63,057 bases of DNA, filler included, from Basidiobolus ranarum (GCA_040143965.1; 43 parts of 43 records of this genome joined end to end with filler, not necessarily neighbours in it), one strand, 5' to 3'. Counted from the whole stretch's first letter, positions 36,795 to 50,098 are shown. Translations and numbers: made by a program. Notes: generated from the letters alone by a model not told the origin.

Positions 36795-38161
36795 GAGCCT
36801 TCTTGGACAATGGCAATCTTACGAATGGCATTGGTAATGGCGGCAGTACGATAACAAGTGTTGAGCTCGTTAGCAGTAGCTCTGGTTTCTTGACAAGCGT
36901 TGATCATGGTATCCTCAAGACCAGAGTAAACCAACTCATGCTCTTCGGCACCATGAATCACGTTACGACGCTCAGAGTCGGTGAGTTTACGACCAGCATT
37001 CTCTTCAACGAGAGTGAGGAGTTGAGATTTACCAAGCTCATCCCACTTCTTGTTCATACGTCCGAAACGAATGTGGGAGAGATTCTTGAGCCATTCGAAG
37101 TAAGAGACGCAGACACCACCAGCGTTCAACAACAAATCAGGGACAACTACCTTTCCGCTCTTAACAAGAACTTCGTGGGCTCCTGGAGTGATGGGTCCGT
37201 TGGCGGCTTCACCGACAATCTTGGCCTTGATGTTGTGAACATTCTTGAGACCAATTTGACGTTCAAGGGCAGCTGGAATGAGGACATCACAGTCCATCTC
37301 CATGACCTTGATAGGGTCTTCGATGATCTGGCAACCATAGTCACGGAATGATCCATTCTTTTGCTTGAACTCTAACAATTTGTCAATATCAAGACCATTC
37401 TCATCATAGGCAGCACAATCACGCTCAGCAATACCGACGATCTTGGCTCCATCAGCTTCGAAGAATTTAGCGGCCCAGTAACCAACATTACCGAAACCTT
37501 GGATGATAACACGAGTACCCTCCATCTTGCCAGAGAGTCCAGTCTTCTTTTGAACTTCAGGATACTTCATGAACTCACGGATACCGTAGTACACACCGAG
37601 ACCAGTAGCTTCGTTACGACCACGAACACCTCCTTGGGAGATGGGCTTGCCAGTAACACAACCCATGGAGTTGACATCAGATGGGTTGAATTGGCGATAA
37701 GTGTCCATAATCCAGGACATCTCACGAGGTCCAGTACCTACATCAGGAGCGGGAACATCAATACCGGGGCCAATGAAGTTCTTTTGGCAAAGCTCCATGG
37801 TGAAACGACGAGTAATACGTTCCAATTGAGCGGGTGTGTACTTCTTGGGATCAATGGCAACTCCTCCCTTAGCACCACCGAATGGAACATCCACTACGGC
37901 GCACTTGTAGGTCATGAGTGAGGCCAAGGCTTCGACTTCTTGCATATCAACGTCAGATGCATATCTGATACCTCCCTTGACGGGAAGACGGTGATGAGAG
38001 TGCTGAGCACGGTAAGCACGGATGATATCCTCCTTGCCCTCTTCAGTCTCGATGGGGAAGCTAACACTGAGGATAGCATCGACACGCTTGATGGCAGCGA
38101 GGGTGTTGCTGCTGACACCACTTACATTGGCGGCTTTATCGAAGAATTGTTCGACGCATTG
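36795..38161 (-). CDS. Glutamate dehydrogenase, Glu/Leu/Phe/Val family, animal-mitochondrial (GLUD-like) type, partial
   Basis: Frame open across the contig; KGGIRY, MTYKCAVVDVPFGGAKGG, DVPAPD, QGFGNVG, EAANGP, NAGGVCVSYFEWLKNL. Confidence 0.96.
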
Positions 38162-38261
38162 NNNNNNNNNNNNNNNNNNNNNNNNNNNNNNNNNNNNNNN
38201 NNNNNTTAATTAATTAANNNNNNNNNNNNNNNNNNNNNNNNNNNNNNNNNNNNNNNNNNNN

Positions 38262-41200
38262 AGTTTGGTAACACAGCCAAAAGTCAAGATAACATGGAGT
38301 TACCACAGTTATATGACCAGAATGATATAGGTCAAAATGCAACTTTGGTCAAACCAGTAAGTCCAGACAATTTTGAGGACTTGCTGCTAGATGTTGAACT
38401 TGATTATTCCAGTACCAATGGTAATATATCAGAGATTGAAGAAGAAGACAATAGTTTTGTTATGAACTCTTTGTTATTGGCAAACATAGTCCACTCATAA
38501 CATTTACTGTAAAGGAAGCAGCTTTGATTATTGAGGAGTGGAGAGTTCAATCCAATCTTAGCAACCAGGTGTGTATTGGTTTTCATACACTTTTACCACA
38601 GTTGATTGGCAACTGTTGCTTGCCACAGACCTGGTACAAGTGGAAAACACTTGTCAATTGTATGACTTATAACCCTTCAGCAATTAAACTACCTTCATGT
38701 CCAAATGGTTGTTTGGCTTTCATTGTTGATCTGAAAAACCTGAAGTCATGTACTATTTGCACACAATTGGCAATTGCTGAGTCAGGTAAATGTCATTCAT
38801 ATTTGGCTTACATACCATTGATTCCCTGTCTTAAAGTTTTCATGATATCACCCAAATAAAGATCATTGATCCAATATCAAAGTACTCACCACAAAGCTGA
38901 TGGTATTACCAATATTCTTGATGGATATTGCTACAAGAATCTGAAAACTCAAGGTTTCTTTGAGAACACATATGATCATGCATTTGCATTGCCTCTGGAT
39001 GGTTTCTCATTAAACAAGTATACCGTCGAAACCTGCTAGCCAATAATTTTAATCAACTTAAATCTTCCTCCTTCTGAATGGTATAACAGTCATAATATTT
39101 TGATACTATCCATCATATCTGTACCTAAATCACCAGTGCTTACAGATAGCTTCTTGCGGCCTTTGATTGCAGAATTTGAACAGTTATCTAATGGGGTTCA
39201 GATGGGTGAATATTTTATTACAGCTAATATCATTGTATGTATTTGTGACACTCCTGCCATCTGTAAACTTAGAGGTTTTTGCAGGCACATTGCACCATCT
39301 TGCTGTAGATTTTGTCAAATCAATGGAGTTTACTCTAACAGGCATACACATTATACTATCCAAATACAACACTAAACTCCATGATTTTACCATCAAGAGC
39401 CCAGTCAGATTTCAACATGCTCATTGATATCAATTCACCAAATAGTCGGTCTAACATCAAACATGGTATTAGCTGTAAGCCTAAGATTACATTGCTAAAG
39501 GGCATTGGCTTGAGCTGGAGCTTCCCGCTGGAAAGGAACACATCTGGTAAATTGATTAATGCTTCATCATTACTTGAGTTAGTTTCCGGCATGTTAATGC
39601 CTTCCAAAGTGGATAGTGGATTGCTAGNNNNNNNNNNNNNNNNNNNNNNNNNNNNNNNNNNNNNNNNNNNNTTAATTAATTAANNNNNNNNNNNNNNNNN
39701 NNNNNNNNNNNNNNNNNNNNNNNNNNNAGTTTCCATAAAGAATTCACCCAATATATCCCCAACTTCCAGTCAACAAATGTCCTTCCACAAGTAGATGTGT
39801 CATTGCTGGAATAGATTAACCATGGCTAAAGCAATAATACTGCATATCTTGATCTATCTCAACAAGAAGTCTGTCTTGCAGCTTTCCTAAAAATACCATC
39901 TGATTATCACACAAGCAAATTAGTCCAATTATAGAGGTACTTACTCAGTGTCCATGGATTGGGCTTTGTTGCTGTTATTGTTCTCAAACAATGCAAAAAC
40001 CAGTGAGCACATTGAAAAGAGCCCTTTGTTGGCAGGTTAATATACTTTGAAGTCTCCTTAACCTATTCATTACATCCATCACTGTTTTTACCAATATATT
40101 GTTAATTATATTAGCATATGGTAATACTGACAATTTCACATGTAGAATCACTTCACCACATGTGCGCTCCATTGGGAACTCCCAGAATGTATAGCAAGGG
40201 CCTATACTGTCTAATCATTGTGAAAAATGTAGCAGGGTATGTAATGAATGCCAGCATAGATTCAGTCTATCTTCTTATGTAATGAATGCCAGCATAGATT
40301 CAATCTATCTTTTTTAAACCTGTAATAAAGTTTTTCATATCCAATTACAAAATCTTTGCACAGTTGCTGTATCTGCCTGTAATCTGCCAATGTGAGTTGA
40401 TGCTATAAGAATATATTAACAGTATCAACAAACAACTCCCAATGTTGCCAATACTTATCAGGCAGAAATATTTTCAAAATTCCACTTGAATATATATACA
40501 AATCCATTACTTCCAGTCTTGGCATTTGAATAAATGCCTAGGTGAGTGGATATTGATGGGAGTCCTGGTAAAATATGATGGTATCTTGAAGCTTTACAGC
40601 AATTTCCCAATTGATTCAAACCTTGATCTTATCTCAAATGGCTCATTCATATTGAATTTTTCACTATATAGCTGAGTAAGTAGTACCCTAACAAAAATAA
40701 AATCAATTTGATCCGGATTGGATCCACCCTCTGAAATAGCAAAACCATCAGAGAACTGTCATAATACTGTTGGCTTGCATTCTGCCAGGGATTTTGATGG
40801 TGTGACAGCAGTTTCTTGCTGGCATCTTAATGGTATTCATACGTGTAAAAATATTGTTCCTCAAATTTGGTATGCCTTATTCAGTCTCCAGCAATTTTTG
40901 CAAAAATATAATTTTTGAATGGCAAATTACTAGGTTTACTGCTGTAGGAATTTGAATTAATATGCATGCCTTTATTTAGATGTTTTAGGCTTTGTATTCC
41001 AGCCATAATGAGAATCAAAAAATACAAGAATCTTGTTGTGTTTAGCCTCTACATATGCACATATTTGACTGATTAGACATAACTCAACAACATNNNNNNN
41101 NNNNNNNNNNNNNNNNNNNNNNNNNNNNNNNNNNNNNTTAATTAATTAANNNNNNNNNNNNNNNNNNNNNNNNNNNNNNNNNNNNNNNNNNNNCCAACTT

Positions 41201-44200
41201 CCTTCTCCTTCAGTACTTCTTTAGCTGCTTTTCTTTCTTTTCCAAGTCAATAATTGTGTACAGTTTTGAGATGTTTCATGAACAGGCCTGTACTAGCCCA
41301 ATTGCCATTTGCTTCCAAAAACCCAGGATAAGCCACATGAAATAAGTCAAGAACCTTTAGAGTAACACATGGTATTTAGCTTTTCCACAATTGGCTCAAA
41401 TCCAGGTGATTTTGGGCAAGATTCCACACAGTTTCCAAAATGTTAAACCACCCATCATCAGAGCAAGTGATGGCAGCTCTGACATTCAGAGTATTTTGAT
41501 TTGCCGTGTTTCCTATGAGATTTCTACTTTCATGTGCCTAAGCAATTTTGGGTTGTTGTGTAGGATTAATGGCCCAACACATATTCTGCTCTGCTAGATT
41601 GTCACTGTGACTTTCTTATATATGGCATGCAATTGATTGAAATTGTGTATGAGAATGGATGGAGGGAGCAGCATGTTGCTGTAGCTCAACTATATCATTC
41701 TGAAGGTCTTGTATCATTGTTGAGTGACTCTCTAACTGTTGAATAGTTGCTACTGAATGCTGCATTAATTGTAATATTGTGGCATTATTGATTGTCATGG
41801 CCTGTATAGCAACTTCATAGTTTTTACTTACAATTTCATACAAGTCATTATGGTGTTCTGCCTGCAATTCCCTTGTTGTAATAATTCCATCCAAATTTTC
41901 TACGGAGGGTTGTTCAATAGGGGGCAAAGTAGCCATTTTGGAAGTTGATGGTCTTGACAGTGTTTTGGTTGAACTTTGCTCAACTATTGATATACTTTGT
42001 AATTGGGGGATTACAATCTCTTCACTTGCACTATTGCTGGAAAGGAATACATCTGGTAAATTGATTAATGCTTCATCATTACTTAGGTTAGTTTCTGGCA
42101 TGTTACTGCCTTCCAGAGTAGAGAGTGGATTGCTAGACTGCTCATCAATTAAGTCCTCTGTTCTGGCTGGTTTTTTTCCTCTTGTGCCAGCAGGCTTTGG
42201 CTTGGTAGCCGGTTTTGACATAGATTTTGAATGCTTTTTGAATGGCATTGAAGTTTTTGGATGGTAAACTTGGTGTAATGAAATTGCTTAGAAACAGCTT
42301 ATAATAAACCAAAATTTCCATCCATTACTGGAAATATTTTGTAAATCCCCTGATGACTCATCTGTGCCACTGTCTCAAAATCAGCAGATGATATTCATGG
42401 GCTAAACCTGAAATACCACCCATATGCGGGAGGTGTTCTTTTTGGACCATATCCTTCTCATGCAGCAACACAAACATTTAAAGAAGCCCTGCTATTATTG
42501 TTGCAAATTCTTGTGCTATGAAAGCCAGAGGCTTATAGAAAAAACCATCACAAGCACAGNNNNNNNNNNNNNNNNNNNNNNNNNNNNNNNNNNNNNNNNN
42601 NNNTTAATTAATTAANNNNNNNNNNNNNNNNNNNNNNNNNNNNNNNNNNNNNNNNNNNNATTTGAGATAGGATCAAAGTATGAATCAATTGGGAAAATGC
42701 TTGAAAATGTCAAGATACCATCATATTTTACCAGGACTCCCATCAATATCCACTCCTCTAGGCATTAATTCAAATGCAAAGAATGGAAGTATTGGATTTG
42801 TATATATTCAAGTGGAAATTCAAAAAGATTTCTGCCTGATAAGTATTGGCAACAATGGGAGTTGTTTGTGGATATTGTTAATATATTCTTATGGCATCAA
42901 CTCACATTGGCAGATCTCAGGCAGAATCAGCAACTGTGCAAAGATTTTGTAATTGGATACAAAAAACTTTATTACAGGTTTAAGAAGATAGACTGAATAT
43001 ATGCCGGTATTCAATTTATTCTCTGCTACATCTTTCACAATGCTTAGAGTTTATAGGCCTTTGCTGTACATTCTGGGAGTGCCCAACAGAATGCACCAGC
43101 AGTGAAATGATGCTCTGTGTGAAATTGTCAGTGTTACCATATGCTATTCTGATTAACAATGTAGCAGCAAAATCAGTGATGTATGTAATGTGATGGGTTA
43201 AGCAGACTCCAGAGTATATTAGCCTGCCAACAAAGGGCTCTTTTCAATGTACTCACAGGTTTTTTCATTGTTTGAGCACAATAACAGCAACAAGGCCCAA
43301 TCCATGGACACGGAGTAAATACCTCTATAATTGGACTAATTTGCTTGTGTGATAATCTGATGCTAGTTTTAGGAAACCTGCAAGACAGACTTCTTGGTGA
43401 GATAGATCAAGATACACAGTATTATTGTTTTAGCCATTGGGTAATCTGTTCCAGCAATGACACATCTACTTGTGGCAGGACATTTGTTGACTGCAAGTTG
43501 GGGATATATTGACTGAATTCCCTATGGAAATTTGCCAAAATCCAAGAACTTATTCTCATTGTGAATGGTAACAAGAGTCAGCTATTTGCGAAGTGTCAGT
43601 GGTATTTAAAATTTCAGATGTTAAGCAATTTTTCCATATTAGTTTGCTGGTAAAGCATATTGAAGTTGTTGAGTTATGTCTATTCAGTCAAGTATGTGCA
43701 TATGTAGAGACTAAACACAACAAGATTCTTGTATTTTTTGATTCTCATTATGGCTGGAATACAAAGCCTAAATATCTAAATAAAGGCATGCATATTAATT
43801 TGAATTCCTACAGCAGTAAACCCAGTAATTTGCCATTTGAAAATTATATTTTTGCAATAATTGCTGGATATTGAATAATGCATGCCAAATTTGAGGATCA
43901 ATATTTTAACATGTATGAATACCGTCAAAATACCATCAAGAAACCATTGATGCACCATCAAAATCCCTGGCAGAATGCAAGCCACCAATATTGTGATGGT
44001 TCTCTGACGGTTTTGCTCTTTTGGANNNNNNNNNNNNNNNNNNNNNNNNNNNNNNNNNNNNNNNNNNNNTTAATTAATTAANNNNNNNNNNNNNNNNNNN
44101 NNNNNNNNNNNNNNNNNNNNNNNNNTTCTGCTAATGATATCCATCAACTATATTGGTAATACCGTCAGCTTTGCCGTGAGTACTTTGGTTTTGGATCAAT

Positions 44201-44310
44201 GATCTATATTTGGGTGTATTCATCAAAACTTTCAGATGGGGAATCAACTGTATGTAAGCCAAATATGAATGATATTCACCTGATTCAGTGATTGCCAATT
44301 GTGTGCAAAC
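38262..44310. mobile_element. Separate contigs of the CACTA family: transposase N-half (38294.., +); C-half (-) with nested end at 40686; ORF2 (41194..42248, -); transposase C-half plus 3' end (42660..44025, +); transposase piece (44126..44310, -)
   Basis: Mutual similarity and Transposase_21-like motifs; the span crosses linkers and is not one element. Confidence 0.85.
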
Positions 44311-44839
44311 TGTCATGATTATGATCTTGGCATACTGATCTACTGCAAATAGAACTCTTCTATTATTAGATTATGATATCATATCTGTTGTGCCATCTCT
44401 TCTTGGCAATCTGGTGGTAGTTCATCCAGATTACTTTATATGGAAGTCATGTTCTTTGGAACATTCCATGAAACCTAACCAATCATGTCATCTCACACAT
44501 AGTGTATATCTGCCAAGACCTTCCATGGAAGGTCACCTGATCATCCTTACATCATCCCTCTTTGAATTGGTCCTTGTAGTCCCTAACACCCCACTCTTGA
44601 ACTTGCCACAGTATATTCCCTATTCAGTATATTATGTTTCACCTTGCAATATTTATATAAGCCCCATGTATTCCTTGATCAGATCTCAGTCTGTTCAAAG
44701 CCAGTTATCAATAAAGATTCTTGCCTAAGTATCTTCCCTGTCCAGTCTTGTCTTGTCTTGTGGTCTACACCGAAGTGCTCTCCTGCCTTCTAGCCTCTTG
44801 TTGTTGTTTCCAGTCCTTGCCCAGTTCCTTATTGTGACA
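44311..44839 (+). mobile_element. Complete gypsy chromovirus 5' LTR (529 bp)
   Basis: TGTCA...TGACA termini, TATATAA 44654-44660, AATAAA 44710-44715; followed by leader and gag. Confidence 0.92.
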
Positions 44840-45214
44840 GTTTGATCAGACTACTCATACTTGCCTGTAGACTTCTCTCCATCCCTGATTCTCCAACCAT
44901 GAAACCCCCTAAGGTTGGCTTCCCTCTTATTCCCCATCTTTCCCAAGCTTCCCTGCTAAGGCAAAGGTACCTTCCACCTTTGGATATTTGCTCTAAGTGC
45001 ATCCTTGTCAAGACAGTACCGGTTGAGTTTACAGTTGTTTTTGATCAAAGAAGCTTTAGTACTTGATCAAGATCAAAGGACATTGATACCAGCATATTCT
45101 TTTGTCAAGGCGCCAATCATTTCTTCAACAGAAAGTTGGACATTGCGTTGTGATTATCATACCTAGAGAAACTTGTTGTTTTTAAAACTTCACCCTCCCA
45201 AAATAGTAAGTATT

Positions 45215-45415
45215 ATGTCTATGCTAGCCCCAACAATGGATGATATTATGCAAGCTCTTACTCAACTTCAGCAAGAAAATCAAGAACTTTGTACTTCTAT
45301 TGCTCAAGTACAGAATCCAGCTCCACCCAACTATACTGCAATTCCAACTCCTGAACCCAAAATCTCCTTAGCAAATAAGTTTGATGGCACTCACCAAGGT
45401 CTTGAACTTTACTGA
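45215..45415 (+). mobile_element. Gypsy chromovirus gag N-terminus
   Basis: Coiled coil then PEPKISLANKFDGT, typical of Tf1/sushi-type Gag; lies downstream of the LTR and leader. Confidence 0.75.
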
Positions 45416-45591
45416 ACCAAAGAAACAGTTAAGTGCAGAATCTTAGAACTGTTTTAGCAGGATATATAAGCAGAGCAGATCTAACTAATATNNNNNNNNN
45501 NNNNNNNNNNNNNNNNNNNNNNNNNNNNNNNNNNNTTAATTAATTAANNNNNNNNNNNNNNNNNNNNNNNNNNNNNNNNNNNNNNNNNNNN

Positions 45592-46956
45592 AAATATCCC
45601 ACTGAGTTTCTTTACAAATTCACCAATGTCTTAGTTGCTCACCAACTAGATACAGACACCAACTGGGCAAGACTACTACCACTTTGTCTCACCATGCAAG
45701 ATGCTGACTGGGTAGAACATATTTTACTAGTTACCAGTTCCTGGATAGATGCCCAAGACTACTTTTGCAAGCACTTTGAGGATCCACTCAAGAAAGCTCA
45801 CTTACACCATGATCTTTGGAGAATTAGAATGCAAAAGGGAGAAACTGTCCAACACTTCTGTGACAGATTTCAAAGACATATGCAAGAAGCTGGAGTGCAA
45901 GACTCTGATCCTTCACTCACTGCCTACTTTCTCTCCAACTTCTGTACCACTCTGCAGAACAACCTGGAGATTATTAAAGCTGCAAATCCAACATGTAGCT
46001 ATGATAAGATTTAAGAAGTAGCTTTGATATCAATCACCAAGCTTGCTGCTACAAGAAGTACTACTAACTCTACTCACCACCAATCTTATCAATCAAGCTC
46101 CCAAAACACCAATTCCGCTAGGAACACCTCAAGGCCAAAGTACTGCAGACTTCATGGGAAAGGTTCTCATACTACCAATGATTATAGAACTTTAGCCAAC
46201 CAAGCAAACAAGTCAAACTCAACATATGACAAGCCAAAACAACCAACCACTGAGACAGAAAATTGCTATGCTGATGACCGCTGCTTCAAATGCAATGAAC
46301 TTGGTCATAGAGCACTTGCATGTGAACAAAACAAAGTATCTACTGCTAAGCTGACTCAAGTCTCTGAGGTATCTTCATCTCAACTGGATTTTAATCCTGC
46401 AGAAGATTTCACAAGTTTTGAAGAAGCTTATCAAGAACTCACAGTACAGGACTACTAAAATCACTTTGACTGTTCAGCCAAAATTGCCACTGTGAAAGAC
46501 AAGAAGCAATCAACCAACCACCTTAAAGCTATTGAAGTACCCTTAATACTTAATGGTCACCAATACATAGCACTCTTGGATACTGGATCAACCAACTCTA
46601 TTGTCTCACCCACAGCAGTAGAAGAATTCAATTTTGAAATAGAAGAGCAACCTGGAAACATCATTCTTGCAGCCAAAGATGTTTCTGCCCCAGGAATAGG
46701 AGTCACCAACTCTGTCAATATTCAGTGTGGAAATTCACAAATTTCACACTGGATGGAAGTCATCAATATCCTTGATGGACCATTAGTTGTTATTGGTCTA
46801 GATATATTCACTCAACTTGGATTCAATATAGGAAGACAACCAGTCTGTTACCCTGGATTCATCAAATCTTTATTGCCTGATTCTGATCACAAACCAGAAG
46901 TAATATCAGAAACTCCTGAACAAGAAGAATTATCACCTTCCTTCCAAGCATATGCC
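45592..46956 (+). mobile_element. Ty3/gypsy gag (capsid, zinc knuckle) and aspartic protease, separate family
   Basis: MQKGETVQHFCDRF, CFKCNELGHRALAC, ALLDTGSTNS, VIGLDIF. Confidence 0.9.
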
Positions 46957-47056
46957 NNNNNNNNNNNNNNNNNNNNNNNNNNNNNNNNNNNNNNNNNNNN
47001 TTAATTAATTAANNNNNNNNNNNNNNNNNNNNNNNNNNNNNNNNNNNNNNNNNNNN

Positions 47057-47167
47057 AAGAGACCAAAACCATGATGTGTATGTTCTGTCAAACCGTACAG
47101 CCAGCTTCACAACGCTGTATCAACGAGGGCTGTGGTAAGGAAATGGCCAGGTACTTCTGCTCGGAAT
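47057..47167 (+). CDS. CHY zinc-finger fragment (RCHY1/Pirh2-like) abutting transposon sequence
   Basis: ETKTMMCMFCQTVQPASQRCINEGCGKEMARYFCSE; CpG retained as in host genes. Confidence 0.75.
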
Positions 47168-50098
47168 ATGAGTGGTTTAGCATTTTGGAAACTGTGTGGA
47201 ATCTTGCCCAAAATCACCTGGATTTGAGTCAATGGTGGAAAACCAAAAACCAGGTGTTACTCTGAAGGTTCTTGACTTATTTCATGTAGCTTATCCTGGT
47301 TTTTTGCAAGCAAATGGCAATTGCACTGGTATAGGCCTATTCATGAAACATCTAAAAATGTAAACAAATATTGACTTGGAAAAGACAGTAAAGCAGCTAA
47401 AGAAGTACTGAAGGAGCAGGAAGTTAGTAAACCCAAGGTAAAAGCAAAGGAGCCAGTGAGTTTAGGCTCTACTCTCCCACTTACCAAATTCTTCATACCA
47501 TTACCAAGATCTGCAATTCCAGAGTCAGATATACTGGCAAAAAAGCTTAAATTCACCATGGAACCGGGCACACTAGTTGGAAGAGTGCTAAATTTGGAAG
47601 TTTATCCAACACCTGGCACCTCTGAACAAGCCAAAACATCAGCAATTAAAACTCATGGCTCTCCAACCTCAACTAGTACTTTTCAAAGTGTTAAACTTAG
47701 CCCCTAAGTTAAAGGCAAGCAAAAAGCTACACAAACACCACAAAGCACCATCAGTAGTGTAACACTACAAGGACATATAAAAATAGGAAAAGTGCTTGAG
47801 GAGTAATTTCAAAAGTATGAAGGGAAAAACTCAGTGCAAGTATGCGGAAAGTGGCTTCAGAAGAAGAACATTCAACATAACATTTGGTCTGGTGTTGACT
47901 GTACAGATATTTGGGAAGAACTTAATACATAGTGACACAATATTGCAAGTTATCTGCCAGAAAGCTGGAAGAATTTTTATTCAGCAACATTAATACAAAG
48001 GTTAGCTTTGATGGAGCTATCAATACAAGCTTGTTTTTGATATGAGCTAAACCTTGGGTATGAAGTAGTCTATAAATATATTCAGGAGAATATATCAAAG
48101 AAACTAGGAATTTTAAAGGTGACAAATCAGTGTTCAAGTGGTAAATGTGTAAATTTGAGGAATGTTTTTTGCACAGGCATTGATCCAAAGTTTTCCAAGA
48201 TTGTAGCCAATTATGTGCAACTATTTTGCGAGATCTTCAAGTTACACTCCTGAAACTGAAAAAACTGATCAAAATTAAATTTAATTGGACAATTTTATGA
48301 TGGTAAGTAAATGGTCAATCCCAAATGGATTAAAATTGTGATGGTTTTTCTATGATAACAATCCTCAAATATCTTTTAGGGCACAGACCTAGTGAATGTG
48401 GAAAACACCTGTCAATTGTATNNNNNNNNNNNNNNNNNNNNNNNNNNNNNNNNNNNNNNNNNNNNTTAATTAATTAANNNNNNNNNNNNNNNNNNNNNNN
48501 NNNNNNNNNNNNNNNNNNNNNGATGGCAATTTTGGGTATTTATTAGCTGTTTATAAGCAATTTCATTACACCAAGATTACCATCTGAAAATTTCAATGCC
48601 ATTCAAAAAGCATTCAAAATCTAAATCAAAGTCAGCTTTCAAACCAAAGGCTGCTGGCACAAAAGGAAAAAACCAGCAAGAACAGAGGACTTAATGGATG
48701 AGCAGTCTAGCAATCCACTATCCACTTTGGAAGGCATTAAGTTGCGGAAACTAACTCAAGTAACAATGAAGCATTAGTTGGTTTACTAGATATATTCCTT
48801 TCCAGCAATACTTCAAGTTTAGAGATGGTAATCCCCCAAGTACATAATAAACCAATAGTTGAGCAAAGTTCAACCAAAACACCATCAAGACCATCAGCTT
48901 CCAAAATGGCTACTTTGCTCACTATTGTACACCCTAACAAAAATAAAATTGATTTGATCCAGATTTGATCCACCCTTCTATATTGCACAACTATCAGAGA
49001 ACCATCACAATATTGGTGGCTTGGATTCTGCCAGGAATTTTGAAGATGTGATGGCAGTTTCTTGATGGTATTCTGATGGTATTCATACATGTTAAAATAC
49101 TGATCCTCAAATTTGACATGAGTTATGAATTTCTGGCAATTTTTGCAAATTATAATTTTTGAGTGGCAAATTACTGGGTTCACTGCTATATGAATTCAAA
49201 TTAAAATGCATGTCATTATTTTGATATTTTAGACTTGGTAATCCAGCCATAATGAGAATCAAAAAATAGAAGAATCTTGTTCTGTTTAGTCTCTACATAT
49301 GAACATACTTGACTGATCAGACATAAATCAACAACATCAATATGCTCTACCAGCAAACTAGGAATTGAAAAATTGCTAAACATCAGAAACTACAAATAGC
49401 ACTCACACTTGGCAAATAGCTGAATCTTATTACCATTCACAATGAGAATAAGCTCTTGGATTTTGGCCAATTTTTGTAAACAATTCAGCCAATATATCCC
49501 CAACTTGCAGTCAACAAATGTACTACCACATGTAGATGTCTCATTGCTTGAATAGATTACTCCATGGCTAAAACAATAATAATTTGTATCTCCATATCCT
49601 CACCAAAAAGCCTGTCTTGCAGCCTTCCTAGACTCATTGTCAGATTATTACACAAACAAATTAGTCCAAATTATAAAGGTATTTACTCTGTGTCCATGGA
49701 TTGGGCTTTTTTGCTGTCATTATGCTCAAACAATGTAAAAACCAATGAGGACATTGAAAAAAGCCCTTTGTGGGAAGGTTAATATATTGTGGAGGCTCTT
49801 TAACCCATTGCATTACCTCCATCACTGATTTTGCTGATGCATTGTTAATCAGACTAGCATATGGTAATACTGACAATTTCACATGGNNNNNNNNNNNNNN
49901 NNNNNNNNNNNNNNNNNNNNNNNNNNNNNNTTAATTAATTAANNNNNNNNNNNNNNNNNNNNNNNNNNNNNNNNNNNNNNNNNNNNTAAAATCAAATCTA
50001 ACTTGACGATTTTATGACGGTAAGTAAACGGTCAATCCCAAATGGATTAAAATTGTGATGGTTTTCCTACGATAACAATCCTCAAATTTCTGTTAGGA
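47168..50098. mobile_element. CACTA fragments in three contigs: ORF2 to element end (48381); ORF2 start with nested end (48932); element end (50098)
   Basis: TIR matches TTTAGGG, CCCTAACAAAAAT and TCTGTTAGGA; the span crosses linkers. Confidence 0.83.

Noticed and set aside
36803-38213. Long plus-strand ORFs opposite GDH
   Set aside because: Antisense shadows caused by strong codon bias.
40238-40312. About 38-bp tandem duplication in transposase
   Set aside because: Single-copy slippage in a dead element; absent from the homologous region near 42990.
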